Positions 13,061-26,446 of a DNA stretch of 64,000 nucleotides are shown here, piece after piece; the first letter of the stretch is position 1; each line of letters starts with the position of its first letter. A model generated the notes under the pieces. It saw nothing but the letters and a program-made list of their open reading frames with translations. It did no database searches and was not told the origin of the DNA. The stretch comes from Octopus sinensis. Lineage: Eukaryota. The position numbers and the translations under genes were made by a program. The stretch is taken from the NCBI RefSeq assembly GCF_006345805.1, contig NC_043019.1, positions 15,561,360 to 15,625,359 of the forward strand, given 5' to 3'.

Positions 13061-14044
13061 GTGAGATTGAACACGAAACTACAGCCTCGTAGGTCTGCTC
13101 ACTCAGGGCCAACTTAGGAATAAACGACGACCACAATACGATGTTTCTTCGATGAATTGTATTCATGTGAAATAATTTTAACCATTCCAGTTATTTTATA
13201 CGGAGTTTCATTGCTGTTGTCTGTGTGTGGTGGCAGTGAGGGGTGGGGGCTCTCGCAATGATTTCTGATGTGTATTTTAAATATCAAACGTTACTACTTG
13301 ATGACTTTCTTCACCTTGACCTACTTGAGATTTTGTTATTATTTTTTTCTTCTTCTTAGTTCTTTTCTATTACTTAAAATGTGACAATTCTGTATAAAGA
13401 GAAGAGAAAAGAAAGTGTTGGCTGTAGGTTGTTGTTGTTGTTGTGGATGTTCATTTGGTAATCCTGTCTTAATAAATTGTGGCAGGAGGATAAAAATGCA
13501 CCCACTCTACCCTGTTGAAAACCATGCTAGGAATAACTTGAAATTCTCAGCAACATGGTGGGTGGTTGAGGTTTTTTTCTGTGGTGGTGGTAATGGTGGA
13601 GGTGGTGAAGTTTGTGGTGGTGGTACTGAGGTGGTTGGTGATGATTGTGATGAAAGGTAACGTGTTATGAAACCTGTCTAAACTATGATGGAAAAGGACG
13701 CCTCCTTCCCCTGCTGCCACTCGCCCTGATGCAAAATGATGATGATGATGGTGATAAATATGTGTGTTTATGTTTTATAGCCTTGCTATGTTTAAAAAAA
13801 AAATACTTATGTCTGTGCACAGGATATTCAAACTCACCAACATCAATTACAAACCCACAATCACTTCAATGATGGTAGTTTTAATATCACAGGCAGACAT
13901 ATGCACCATTGCATCACACACGCATTCTCATACTCACATGCAGCTAGTCTCTCTCTCCCTCGCTCCCTCCCTCACACACACACAATGTTTGGGCTAAATT
14001 TGAGTTTGCATGATTACAACATATCATCTGAAAATGAAAGTATT

Positions 14045-14260
14045 TTAAAATAGGAGTTTACTCAAAAAGCCACTACCTGCTTCCACCACAGCCTTAAGAT
14101 GGCTCCAGAACCTGGCATGTGTGTTCCTCCCTGCAAACCTGGGAAGATCATCAGGCACCTCCTTGATCTTGGCCACCACCCTGGCCTTGGTGTTACAAGC
14201 AGAATGATTGGTTTCTTTCTAAACCACACTCCTGACTCACAGCTACAACTTTATTCCTTA
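14045..14260 (-). pseudogene. Tc1/mariner (maT/DD37D-like) transposase C-terminal remnant
   Basis: The minus strand reads KETNHSACNTKARVVAKIKEVPDDLPRFAGRNTHARFWSHLKAVVEAGSG. This matches the maT/Tc1 C-terminal pattern (E.N...NTK..L...I.......ARF...L.AV.EA.GG.FE*), with a 1-nt deletion near the stop. Confidence 0.6.
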
Positions 14261-16877
14261 TGCTTTGCAACCTTGGCTTAACCTTCAACTGTCACTTGAT
14301 TGCATTTTCAGGTGATTGGACAGAAGCAACATAAAATGAAGAGCTTTGCTTCAGAACACAATATGTCACCTTACTCTAAGAATCAAATCCATGATCTAAG
14401 AATTGTTAGTTCAACATTCTATGTATATTGATTTCAAATTTTGGCACAGGGTCAATAATTTCAGTGGTGGGGTAAGTCAGTTACATTGACTCCCTACCAC
14501 TCCCTGCCGGTGCTCACCTGGTCCTTATTTCATCAACCACGAAAGGATGAAAAGCAAAGTCAGCTTCGGCAGAATTTGAACTCAGAATGTAGAGATGAAA
14601 TGCTGTTGAACATTTTGCATGATGTGCTAACAATTTGGCCAGCACCACTTCAATAATGATAGTAGTAGTAGTAACGATAATAATAATAATCCCTTTTACT
14701 GTAGGCACAAGGCCTGAAATTTTGGGGGAAGGGGCAAGTCGATGACATCCATCAACTAGTACTTAATTTATCAACCCCTGCAAAGATGAAAAGCAAAGTC
14801 AACCATGGCGAAATTTGAACTCACAGCAGACGAAATACCACTAAGCATTTTGCCTGGCATGCTAACAATTCTGCCAGCTTGTCGCCTTATAATAATAATA
14901 ATAATAATAATAATAGTGGGTTAAAATCTTTGGCACAGGGCCAGCAGTTTTTGAGGAGAGTGGGGAGTCGGTTACATCAACCCCAATGTTCAACTGGTAT
15001 TTATTTCTTTGACCCTGAGAGAATGAAAAGCAAAGTCAACTTTAGCAGAATTTGAACTCAGAATGTGAAGTCAGACAAAAATACTACTAGATATTTTGCT
15101 TGCCATCTTGGTACCTTTCTGACAACTTGGTACCTTTGCATGTGTATATATATATATATATATTAGATTCACAAAAACAGGCATATAGTGAAGTTCTAAC
15201 AATCATATCTGAACTTATACTATATGCACACACCTGTATACACATACATGTGGTTACATACACACAACCATAAGTAAATACAGACTTACACACAAACACG
15301 CACACACATCACTGCACTTATGCACATACACACCTACACATAAGTGTACAAGTGGGTTTATTTATACAAGTAAGGTGAATGACTAACAGTACATACATGC
15401 ATACTGATTCCGTTTTGGAAACCACATGTATAAACAGAAAATTATAAGCAAAAATCATAAAGATGTATGCATGTGTACATACATTCAGACACACATACAC
15501 ACACACATGCTTACACATGCACATACATATATGTATGTGTGTGTGTGTCAGTGTGTAAAATCTTTGGACATTCTATCTATTTATGAAGGACTAATTTGGA
15601 CCATCTTAACTGCTTTCTACGTAAATACATTTGTGTAGATATTTCTGTAACTTGTTTATAAATGCTTTGATGCCATAAACAATTGCCTATCTATCTTTTA
15701 TTTTACACATTTTACATATAACTAGCAGTCTTTCAGCTATGGCAATAAGTATTCCAGTTGATCAGATCAATGAAACAACCTGCTCAAGAAATTGATGTGC
15801 AAATGGCTGAGCACTCCACAGACATGTGTACCCTTAAGGTAGTTCTTTGAAAGATTTAGCGTGACACAGAAAATGGCAAAGCTGGCCCTTTGAAATACAG
15901 GTACAACTCCTTTTTGCTAGTTGAGTGGACTGGATGATCAAGAAATAAAGTGTCTTGCTGAAGGACACAACACGCTGCTGGGAATTGAACTCATGATCTT
16001 GAGCCAAATACCCTAACCATATGTATTTATTACATATTTGTATATGTGGTATAGAATAAAAAATGCTCACTTATTGAAACAATTGTAACATCAGTTTGGA
16101 ATTGTCTTTACCTCACTATCTTTAAGATAGCATGTTGGCACTAACATACATACATACATATATATATACTTACACACACACACATATATATATATATATA
16201 TCAAATTCTCATACACATGTATAGACCCATGGATTCATGTATAGTCAAGTGATATATCTTTCATTTGCCAAGGTTTTAATTAGTATAACAACATGTGTTG
16301 GAAAACTGATACTGTGTGGTAGTAGGAAGACAGACACTGTTGAGCTGTTGCTGGGTAGCGTAGTTGGGAGGAATTAATTATGATTATGATATTCTGAACA
16401 TGTTAATTTTAGCAATAAATTAAAAGCAGGTGTTGACAACATTGGCTGTGAATCAACACACAAAATGACTGTGGTTTCAAGCATTTCAGAAGAATTGGCA
16501 ATATGATAGCAGTTACCTGTGCAGAATGTGGTGATGATCTTAGAGATGAGATCTGAGAAATTTTAGTTGGAGAGCAATAAATGATCAGGGATAGAGCAGA
16601 GTCAGTGTTTATGACACTTGCCAAACCCAAGCTTGGAGCCTTACTACTCTCTAAAAAAAGGAAGGATATATTGGATGGTGTACTCTAAGAATAAAGAGAA
16701 AAGACTGGATGCTCATGCCTGGAACCTATTTGATCATTGGTTAGCTTAACCTGACAACATAGTAGTGTTTTCTGCATGGCCTGACATGTTTTCAAGGAAG
16801 AATGGAAATGAAGGACATTGCTTCTTGGATGGCGATGCTCATTTGCAACTGACACAATGCCAAGACACGGAGGCAGG

Positions 16878-16919
<42 letters not shown>

Positions 16920-17308
16920 GAGGGGCACACACACACCAGAGGGGGAAGTAAAGTGTCTTAGCAAATTGAACCCTGGACATTGGGAAGGCATCTGGCTGAT
17001 GATACACACACACATACATACACACAATAGGCTATTTCCAGTTTCTCCCTACCAAATCCACTCACAAGGCTTTGGTCAGGCCACAGCTATAGAAGACACT
17101 TGTCTAGAGTTCCATGTAGTGGTATTGAACCTGCACTAATAAGGTTGGGAAGCATACTTCTCAACCACAGCAACTCTTCTCAGCCGAAATTGCGAAGATG
17201 ATCCGGTTTTTGACTGAAGATCGAAGGCTTCGAATGTCCCGTCCGTCTTTTTGTATCGTCTTCTAAATGTTTTGCGTTCTTGTCCCAGTTTGTGTTTTTT
17301 TACATTTA

Positions 17309-17361
<53 letters not shown>

Positions 17362-19118
17362 GTGAGTATTGTAGTTTGCTTGGAGCATTGTGTATTGTTT
17401 GTAAAGAATAAGAAGTTTTGAATGGTACAACAATGCACTATAATACAGACAATGGGATATATACCTGTTGTAATTTAGTCATCCATATATATATATATAT
17501 ATATATATCAGGGGTGACTCTGGCTGTTTGGGCTTAGCCTGAGTATAAATCTAGTAAAGTGAACATGTATTTTCAAGCTGATTTAATTTCTGCCAACACT
17601 GACTTCAAGTATGTAATTGCAGCCAAAAACTTGAACTCCTTTTATTAAGCCTGGTCGCAGTTCATTTATTTTCATTCAGCATCTGGGGATCATCTTAGCG
17701 GTGCCCTGTGTCAAAAAATATCAATAGTAGCAGACATTCTTTCGACATCATTCACACTCACCTGACTCAGGCTCAGAAGTTACAGCCTGAGCTTTTATCT
17801 AGAATCGTATAAATTAAAAGTAATCCGTATCCAATGTTTTCTTGAAACAATAAATTTCTATGAAAAGTTTCCATTCTACAATATTCTTAAAAGTACACAA
17901 AATTATCCAGCAACTCAGGCTAATACAAACAAGCCTGGTAGGTGTAAAAGACTAATTGGCATCTCTTGTCAAGAATACAGGCAACAGTCAGATCGCAGAT
18001 GTTTGTTCTGCACTCCGCTGTTGTTTCTTTGATTGCTGTTATTCTGTGTGTCTGTGTGTAAGGATCAGCTGTGTTTTGCAAGGTTGCTTTATTTTTACCC
18101 TTAACTTAGAACTGGAGAAAGACATAATGCTAGTTATAGAAAAATAAGCCATTTGAGGCTAGACATAAAGCAGAAAAACGTGAAATTCTTTGAGCAGGCA
18201 CATGTCTTATGTGAAATCTGTCATGAACCTAAGTGATGCTGATAAGCTGGAGTTGTCTCATATATATATATATATACATACAATTCATTTTAAATTTTGG
18301 GGCAAAGCCAGCAATTTTGAGGGAAGAAGTGAATTGATTACATTAACCCCAACACTCAACTAGTATTTATTTTATTGGCCCCAAATGGATAAAAGGCAAG
18401 GTTGACCCTGTTGGCATTTGAACTCAGAATGTAAAATCAGATGAAATGTCACTAAGCATTTTGCCTAGGGCAATAAAGAGTCTGCCGACTTAACTTTTAC
18501 ATATATATATATATACAAATGGCCACGTAAAAAGCACCATCCGTTCATGGCCGTTGCCAGCTCCCTCTGGCACCTGTGCGGGTGGCACGTAAAAAGCACC
18601 CACTACACTCACGGAGTGGTTGGCGTTAGGAAGGGCATCCAACCGTAGAAACACTGCCAGATCAGACTGGGCCTAATGCAGCCTTCTGGCTTCACAGACC
18701 CCAATTGAACCGTCCAACCCATGCTAGCATGGAAAGCGGACGCTAAATGATGATGATGATGATTATATATATATATGTATGTATATATATGTATACATAC
18801 ATATATATACACATATAAGGGACCTCTGTTATGGCCTTTAGCCATCCAAAGTCTTGTGAGTGGGTTTGGTTGGTGGAAACTGAAAGAATCCCATGTGGTA
18901 TGTGTGTGTTTGTGTCAGTGTTTGTTCCCCCACCATTTTGTTGGTGTATTTATGTTCCCGTAACTTAGCAGTTCGGCAAAAGAGACTGATAGAATATGTA
19001 CTAAGCTTAAAAAGAATAAGTCCTGGGATTGATTTCTTTGACAAAAACCTTTTAAAGTGGTGCTTCAGCATGGCCACAGTGAAATGACTGAAAGAAGTAA
19101 AAGAATTATATATATATA

Positions 19119-19165
<47 letters not shown>

Positions 19166-19694
19166 ATGGCATTAGGAAGGGCATCCAGCCGTAGAAACAC
19201 TGCCAGATCTGACTGGGCCTGACGAAGCCTCCCAGCTTCACTGACCCCAGTTGAACCATCCAACCCATGCTAGCATGGAAAGCGGACGCTAAATGATGAT
19301 GATGATGATATGAACACAACCCTAGTGTCATGTAGATATACACACATAATCTAAAGAGTATCTGAATTGCAAAGCAATTTTTCTTTTTTATGATAAAGAA
19401 CATGCTGTAAGAGATATGATTTGAACCTTTCACCTTATTAATGACATATCACCCTGTTCCTCTCCACCGCACACACACACACACATGCATTATCAATGTT
19501 TCATGACATCATCCCACCAGACTAAGTGGCACAGGTATTACTTACAAACACAACATTACTATCGTAGCTTGCTGATTGCCGTAGAAAGTTACTGCTTCTT
19601 GTAGACATTCAGTTGGCTTATCACATCTGACTATTTTACATACTTTGTATTTCTGATGCTCTCTTGAAAATGCTTTGCAATTTTCTGAGTTCAA

Positions 19695-19897
19695 GGTAGC
19701 GAGCTGGCAGAAACGTTAGCACACCAGGCGAAATGCTCAGCAGTATTTCGTCTGTCTTTACATTCTGAGTTCAAATTCCACTGAGGTCGACTTTGCCTTT
19801 CATCCTTTCGGGGGCCGATAAATTAAGTACCAGTTGCATACTGCCCCCCCCACCTCCCCAAAAATTTCAGGCCTTGTGCCTAGGAGTAGAAAAGAAT
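19695..19897 (+). mobile_element. tRNA-derived SINE family B (representative copy)
   Basis: A box GAGCTGGCAGAA, B box GAGTTCAAATTCC, body GAGGTCGACTTTGCCTTTCATCCTTTCGGGG, and (ATT)n tails in sibling copies. About 20 copies, e.g. 2440-2665-, 14430-15110- (three), 22258-22530+, 34090-34290+, 34900-35290- (tandem), 37590-38085+, 57670-59240- (several), 61765-62750-. Confidence 0.85.
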
Positions 19898-19931
19898 TTT
19901 CTGTGAGTTCATCTGTGTGTGTGTATATACA

Positions 19932-20095
19932 CTCTCAAAGCGCTAAATGTTAAACCACCTCAGAGTCATGGACAGGTGAGGTAACTCACCTTCAATCCCA
20001 TTCAGGAGTGATGGACATTGATGTTTTGCTATTTTTGTGGCTTTACCTTGCCTGTCCATGACTCTGAGTTGTTTTAACACCTAGCGTTTTAAGAG
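19932..20095. mobile_element. Palindromic fold-back MITE-like element
   Basis: 53-bp inverted arms at 19932-19984 and 20043-20095 with 45/53 identity, including a perfect 18-bp core CTCAGAGTCATGGACAGG. The spacer is 58 nt and the flanks are TA-rich. Confidence 0.75.
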
Positions 20096-21140
20096 GGTCT
20101 ATACTCGCTGGCTCGGGAACAAAATTTGTTTAGGGGGTCCAAACCCAGGCCCAAAGACTTATACAAATAGGGTCATGTTTTTTACTATTTATGTTTGTTC
20201 TTTGTTCTTTGCGAAGAAACCTAATTCAAGCTACTTTTTACAGATCACTTTTTACTCACTGTTTTTAAACCTAAGAAAAGTAAGTCGGGATGCAAATTTG
20301 GATTTTGCACCCTGAAAAAATTTTAGTGGGTGCACTTACACTCCCAGTTCATGGGCCCCTCTATATACTCGAAGCCTTGTGAGTGGATTTGGTAGATGAA
20401 AACTGAAAAAAGCTCATCATATATTTATATACATGTATGTTTGTATGTTTTTTCCCCCATCACTGCTGGGCAATTGGTGTTGGTGTGTTTACACCCCCAT
20501 AACTTAGCGGTTCAGCAAAAGGAACTGATAGAATAAGTACCAGGCTTAAGAAATAAGTCCTAGGGTTGATTTATTTGACTAAAACCCTTCAATGCGGTGC
20601 TCCAGCATGGCTGCAGTCAAATGAGTGAAACAAGTAAAAGAATAAAAGAATATATATTCCTCATTTCCCCATCCACTTTCCATGCCAGCCTACACTGGAT
20701 GGGTTGTCACCGTCTGAATCAGTTAATTTTCAAAGTTACTGCTCTCTTAGACAGATCAAGGGACCACCACGTCCTGTTCATTTGCTTTATCTTTGGCATG
20801 AGAGAGAGAGAATACAAGGACTAAAGAGCTTTTCAAATTATGTTAAATGTCTTCTATTATTAGTGGAGGCAGACAATCAAATGAGTCGCCATGTTGAACA
20901 CATTTATTAACAAAATGAATTATGAATAAGATTATAGAACAAATGCTAAGTACATAATACTTGACTGCAAAGTGTATGATGATAATAATAATAATAACAA
21001 TAGTGAAAGGAATCATTAAAGCAAATTAAATAAGTCAGCAAAACACATATAAGGTTAACTATAATTATGAAATTATCAATACCAATTAATAACAATAGAT
21101 TGTTAATTACAACTCAAAAGAAATAAAACTTAAAATCAAT

Positions 21141-21308
21141 TTAAAAGCCATCACTGTTGAATTCTTCATTATCACTGATGCCAAAAACAGCATCTAATTC
21201 CTCTTGTAGCAGTGTTTCGTCTGCTTGAAATGAAACAGTTGAATGTGGCTGTTTGGATACTGAAGATCTGGCATGGCTAACTGGACAGTGAACCAGTTTT
21301 GGCGATGC
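21141..21308 (-). CDS. Candidate terminal coding exon, or pogo-like transposase C-terminal remnant; product unknown
   Basis: CAG acceptor (21309-21311 on -), then 55 open codons ASPKLVHCPVSHARSSVSKQPHSTVSFQADETLLQEELDAVFGISDNEEFNSDGF*. An AT-rich UTR-like tract and AATAAA (20903-20908 on -) follow. The acidic ..DGF* tail resembles pogo-type C-termini. Confidence 0.4.
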   Translation of the reverse strand, partial: ASPKLVHCPVSHARSSVSKQPHSTVSFQADETLLQEELDAVFGISDNEEFNSDGF

Positions 21309-22825
21309 CTGTTTAGGCAACAGTCATTTAATATGTCTTAATGTATCTGAAAGAGTAAAAGGCAAAGTCAACCTTGGAGAAATTTGAACTCAGAACATAA
21401 AGCCAGACAAAATGATAATGATCCTGCCAGTTCCCTGCCTTCCACACACCAGCTTAATAATAATTCCAAATTTTGACACAATGTCAGCTATTTCCTGGAA
21501 GGGGTTAAGTCGATTATATCATCCCCCAATGTTCAACTGGTACTGGTTTTATCAACCCTGAAAAGATGAAAAGTCAAACCCAGAACATAAAGACAGACAA
21601 AATACTGCTAAGCATTTCACCTGGCATGCTAACGATTCTACCACTTCCAGCCTTTCAAACATCACCATAATAATGACTGATATGTTTGATAAATTCTTCA
21701 TAATATTCGAAATTAATAGCAATGAAGACAGTGTATTTCAGCAGTTATATGGTAACAAAAGGGTTAAAGTGATCTAAATTTGGAGACACTTCCATAGAAT
21801 CCAATCTTATCTGGAGCAGAGAGTTACAATGTCATAACTACTCCTTGGTGTGTGTTTGTGTCTTGTGTTTATAATAACAACTGGTTGTGACCTATAATTT
21901 TCATTTTCTTGCACAAGATCTTTTACTCTCATATAAAAGTCACACCCCTTGACATTATTATTATCATTATTATTATTATTATTACTTCGATTACTTTTAT
22001 TGAAGATGTGTACAAAAAAATGTGATGTGTGATTATGCAAAAATAAATACATACATAGACACACACATACATGTATATATTTTATTGGACTGTGTAACTC
22101 AGGCTTGAAAGACAACTGATTGTTAGAATTTTTCTTTGTCTTTTTTCAAAGTTATAATTTGTAGCAAGAGAAGGCTTCTTCTTCCTTTTCTTTTCTCCTT
22201 CCATTTCTTCTTTTTTCCTGTTTCTTTCACTTATTATTATTATTATTATTATTATTACTAAGGTGGTGAGCTGGTAGAATTGTTAGCATGCTGGGCAAAA
22301 TGCTTAGCAACATTTTGTCTGTCTTTACATTCTGAGTTCAAATTCCACTGAGGTTGACTTTGCCTTTCATCCTTTCGAGGTTGATTTAAATAAGTACAAA
22401 TTCCATCGAGGTTGACTTCATTCTGCATCCTTTTGGCCTCGATAGAATAAGTAGCAGTTTGAGTGCTGGGGGTCGATGTAATCAGCTTGCCTGCTTCCCC
22501 CCCCCCCAATTTCAAGTTGTGCGCCTAGAGTAGTAAAAAAAAAAAAGCATTATTATCATTATTCTCATATGTTCGGACTGGGGTGTCTTGGGATTATTCT
22601 TTAATAAGTAGATTTAGAAAAAACTAAAACTAGATGTTTTGTAAGAAATGTCTGTCATTAACATTCCTTGTCAATTGCCCAATTCACTGCAAACACGCCA
22701 GCGTATTCAAAACCTTTTCCTCTGTAACTCACCTCCCCCTCTGCCCACCATCTTTTCCTATTTCTTCCTATTTGACTGACTCCATGCTATCCACTTGCTG
22801 CTACCTAATGGGTCAGGCAGTTATT

Positions 22826-22860
<35 letters not shown>

Positions 22861-23247
22861 CATTATTATTATTATTATTATATATTGTGCAGGCTTAGCC
22901 TTTCGTTCCTTATCTTTGTTAGTTCCTTTTTTCTTTTGGTTTTCTTTTGCTAGTTGCTGTTGTTGTTGTTATTGTTGGTGGTGTTTGAAAAAGAGGATTA
23001 GGTGGAGTAGGAATTTGAATCGACTCCTCCCTCCTCCCCCTATCATTGCTTACTCCATAACATTAGCAAAAAAGAAAATACAAATGAAAGCAGTTTAAGT
23101 AGGTCTCCCAATTTAATTTTTCTACCAATATTTCGAGGTACACACACGCACACTTGTTATCATATATATATATATATATATACATACATATGTTGCATAG
23201 ATTTACTATATGAAGGACTTATCCAGTTGAGGTGCAATGGTTAGAAT

Positions 23248-23281
<34 letters not shown>

Positions 23282-23384
23282 AGTTTGGTAGCATAAACAG
23301 GATAAACAGAACTTAGTGCATTTCTATTTATTAATTTTTACACTTTAAAAAATTTTTGTAATCTTCAGCCAATTAAAGAAAAAT

Positions 23385-23434
<50 letters not shown>

Positions 23435-23771
23435 TAAAAGCTATAAATAATTGAAAACAAGTGTGAATGTGTAATCTCTCTCTCTCTCTGTATATACACA
23501 CACACGTACATACACAGATAGAGAGAGAGACCGGGAGGATGCTTATTATACACTCACATTTGTTTTACTCCAATCATACAGTATTTCTGTCTATTATATG
23601 TGGTGTATATCAGAATGTGTGTGTGTGTGTGTGTGTGCATAGTTATGCGTTCACTTAAACACTAACATCAGCAAACACAAACAACCTTTTGTTGTTAGAA
23701 AGTCTCTTTCTTTTCTTTTATTTTCTTTTCTTTCTGCCATTTTCTTTGCTTAAATGTCTGTCCATCATTCT

Positions 23772-23838
<67 letters not shown>

Positions 23839-23999
23839 AGCTTCCTATAGAAACAAGGAGGAGGCAGAGGGAGCGTACTGAGCCAAAATATAGTCATTGC
23901 TATTTTCCGGGAGTTTTAATTCATGGTTACTCTCACAGTTTGTCTGTTCCTGTCCTCTTCTCCTCTGCTAAAGCTTGCTTTATACATGCGTACTCTCCC

Positions 24000-24200
24000 T
24001 CTCTCTCTCACACACACACACATCCTACATACACCCTTAAACACACACTCTCTCTCACACACACACACATCCTACATACACCCTTAAACACACACTCTCT
24101 CTCACACACACACATCCTACATACACCCTTAAACACACACACTCTCTCACACACACACACACCCTACATACACCCTTAAACACACTCCCTCACACACACA
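24000..24200. repeat. ~46-bp minisatellite x4 next to (CT)n at ~23775-23835
   Basis: Unit (CA)nTCCTACATACACCCTTAAACACACACTCTCTCT; the CATCCT/CACCCT anchor occurs at 24021, 24068, 24113 and 24160. Confidence 0.9.
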
Positions 24201-25759
24201 CACGCTTGTATAATGGGCCATAAAACTCCATGTCTAAATGCACTTTTATTCACCAAAACCAATCTTAAAATTAGGGTACATACAACGCATGCCATTAGAC
24301 TGCAAAGTCTACCCACCATTCACTTCATTGAGTAAAGCAGTAACATAAAATGGTTTTAATATCTTTTTCAATTGTTATATTTTTATTTATTTAATACATA
24401 GGCGCAGGAGTGGCTGTGTGATAAGTAGCTTGCTTACCAACCACATGGTTCTGGGTTCAGTCCCACTGCATGTCACCTTGAGCAAGTGTCTTCTACTATA
24501 GCCTCGGGCTGACCAACGCCTTGTGAGTGGATTTGGTAGACGAAACTGAAAGAAGCTCATAGTACATATGTGTGTGTGTATGTGTTTGTGTGTCTGTTTG
24601 TCCCCCCAACATTGCTTGACAACTGATGCTGGTGTATTTAGGTTCCCGTACCTTAGTGGTTCGGCAAAAAGAGACCAATAGAATAAGTACTAGCCTTACA
24701 AAGAATATGTCCCGGGGTCGATTTGCTCGACAAAAAGGTGGTGCTCCAGCATGACCACAGTCAAATGACTGAAACAAGTAAAAGAATAAAAGAATATTTT
24801 TATAGAGCCAGTCCCCAGTCAAACTGTCCGACCCATGCCAGCATGGAAAACAGACATTAAACAATGATGCTGATGATGATGAATATATATGATCCATGAC
24901 AACTGTTTTTACAAAGAGTGGTTAAAGTATATTCCTGTCTTGTCATATGACAAGTAACAATATTCTTAGTATATGGTAAATAAAAGAAATAAATCCAATG
25001 GGATCAGAGTTATCTCCCTTTGGGGATAGACAAACAGTGATGGAGACACACTGTCAGTTATATTAATGCATATATATATAGTAAATAGTGCTTGTGTTTT
25101 CATACAAATATCATCCATCTTCAGTACATATTTGTGTTAGAAGTATGTAGAACCTACTATAATTGTGTGTATACACATGGCTTTGTGGTTAAGATGGTTG
25201 CTTTGCAAATGTGTAGTTTTGGGTTCAACCCACTACTTGACACACAGGACAAGTTCTTCTACCATAACCTTGCACCAACTAAAGCCACCTGAGTGAAATT
25301 TGATAAACTGAAACTCTGTATATGGTGGTGGTGGGGGCAGTGCAAGCACCATTCTCATTCATGGGTGGTTGAACACCATCCCATCACCACCCTACCCTTG
25401 CGTGCTTTTAGCAAGGTCCATTTAATTATGACTACCACAAGGTGACTGATGCTGGTGTCACATAACTGGCACCCATGCTGGTGGCATATAAAAGCACCCG
25501 TGCTGGTGGCACATTGAAGCACTAGTACTAGTGGCATGTAAAAAGCACCCATTATACTCTCAGAGTGGTTGGCATTAGGAAGGGCATCCAGTCGTAGAAA
25601 CCATGCCAAACCAGACTGGAACTTGGTGCAGCTCTCCGGCTTACCAGTTCCAGTCAAACTGTCTAGCTCATGCCAGCATGGAAAGTGGACATTAAATGAT
25701 AATGATGATGATGATGATGTCTAACCCATGTTACTGTATGGTGACTTGTGTGCATCAAT

Positions 25760-26030
25760 GACTCTGAGAGCTTTGGCAGTGGAGAACAGGCTCCTAGTAG
25801 GGCCTGCTAGGCTGGATGGGTCAAAAAGGCAGAGTTCAAGTTAATATGGACCACTGCTTCCTCCATTGGTTTGCAAAGGTTCAAAACTCCCTACCTAGAA
25901 TAAAAGCAAAGTTACAGAAGCATCGATAACAATTCAAAACTAGCAAGACCTGGGAAAGGAAGGCCTTGAGAGGGCCCAGAGCTGAGAGCAGAGGAGAAAT
26001 GTCATTCATGGCCTGTGCTCCTCAGCAAGT
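25760..26030 (+). repeat. Dispersed repeat of unknown class, with an inverted sibling at ~1310-1620
   Basis: AGAATAAAAGCAAAGTTACAGAAGCATCGAT near 25897 is the reverse complement of ATCGATGCTTCTGTAACTTTGCTTTTATTCT near 1428. The flanks are also alignable. Confidence 0.7.
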
Positions 26031-26411
26031 GAAGGGCTTAAGCTAAGCTGTTGTGGTTTAAACTTAGATCAACCTTGATAGAGCAGATTTGTGGTCATGG
26101 GTGTTCCAGCTGAGGATCTCACATCTTATTTCCTACACAGAACTAATATAATCTTCTCTTTTTTTTCATTCTTTTTATCAAAGATTTATGGGAGATTGAG
26201 CAACTATTTCTAGCAGATTGAGCAACCACATGGAGGCTTTTTTGTAAAAAAAATGGATGTCTTTGCTTAATGGATAAGCCATACGACGTTGAATTAATGT
26301 AATTTTATCTGTTACACACTTGTTTAGGTTTTGGTGTGTATAATAGAATATTGTAAAGAATAGCTTATAACATTAATGTGTATATACATACATACATGTG
26401 TGTGTGTGTAA

Positions 26412-26446
<35 letters not shown>

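Noticed and set aside
20244-20279. 36-nt exon candidate (CAG|...|GTAAGT)
   Set aside because: It lies in what looks like a transposon-derived segment next to the fold-back element, and has no independent support.
22726-22800. - strand donor AG|GTGAGT as the partner for the 21308 acceptor
   Set aside because: The phase-0 frame hits TAG about 55 nt upstream and there is no pyrimidine-rich acceptor. It could be at most a non-coding exon.
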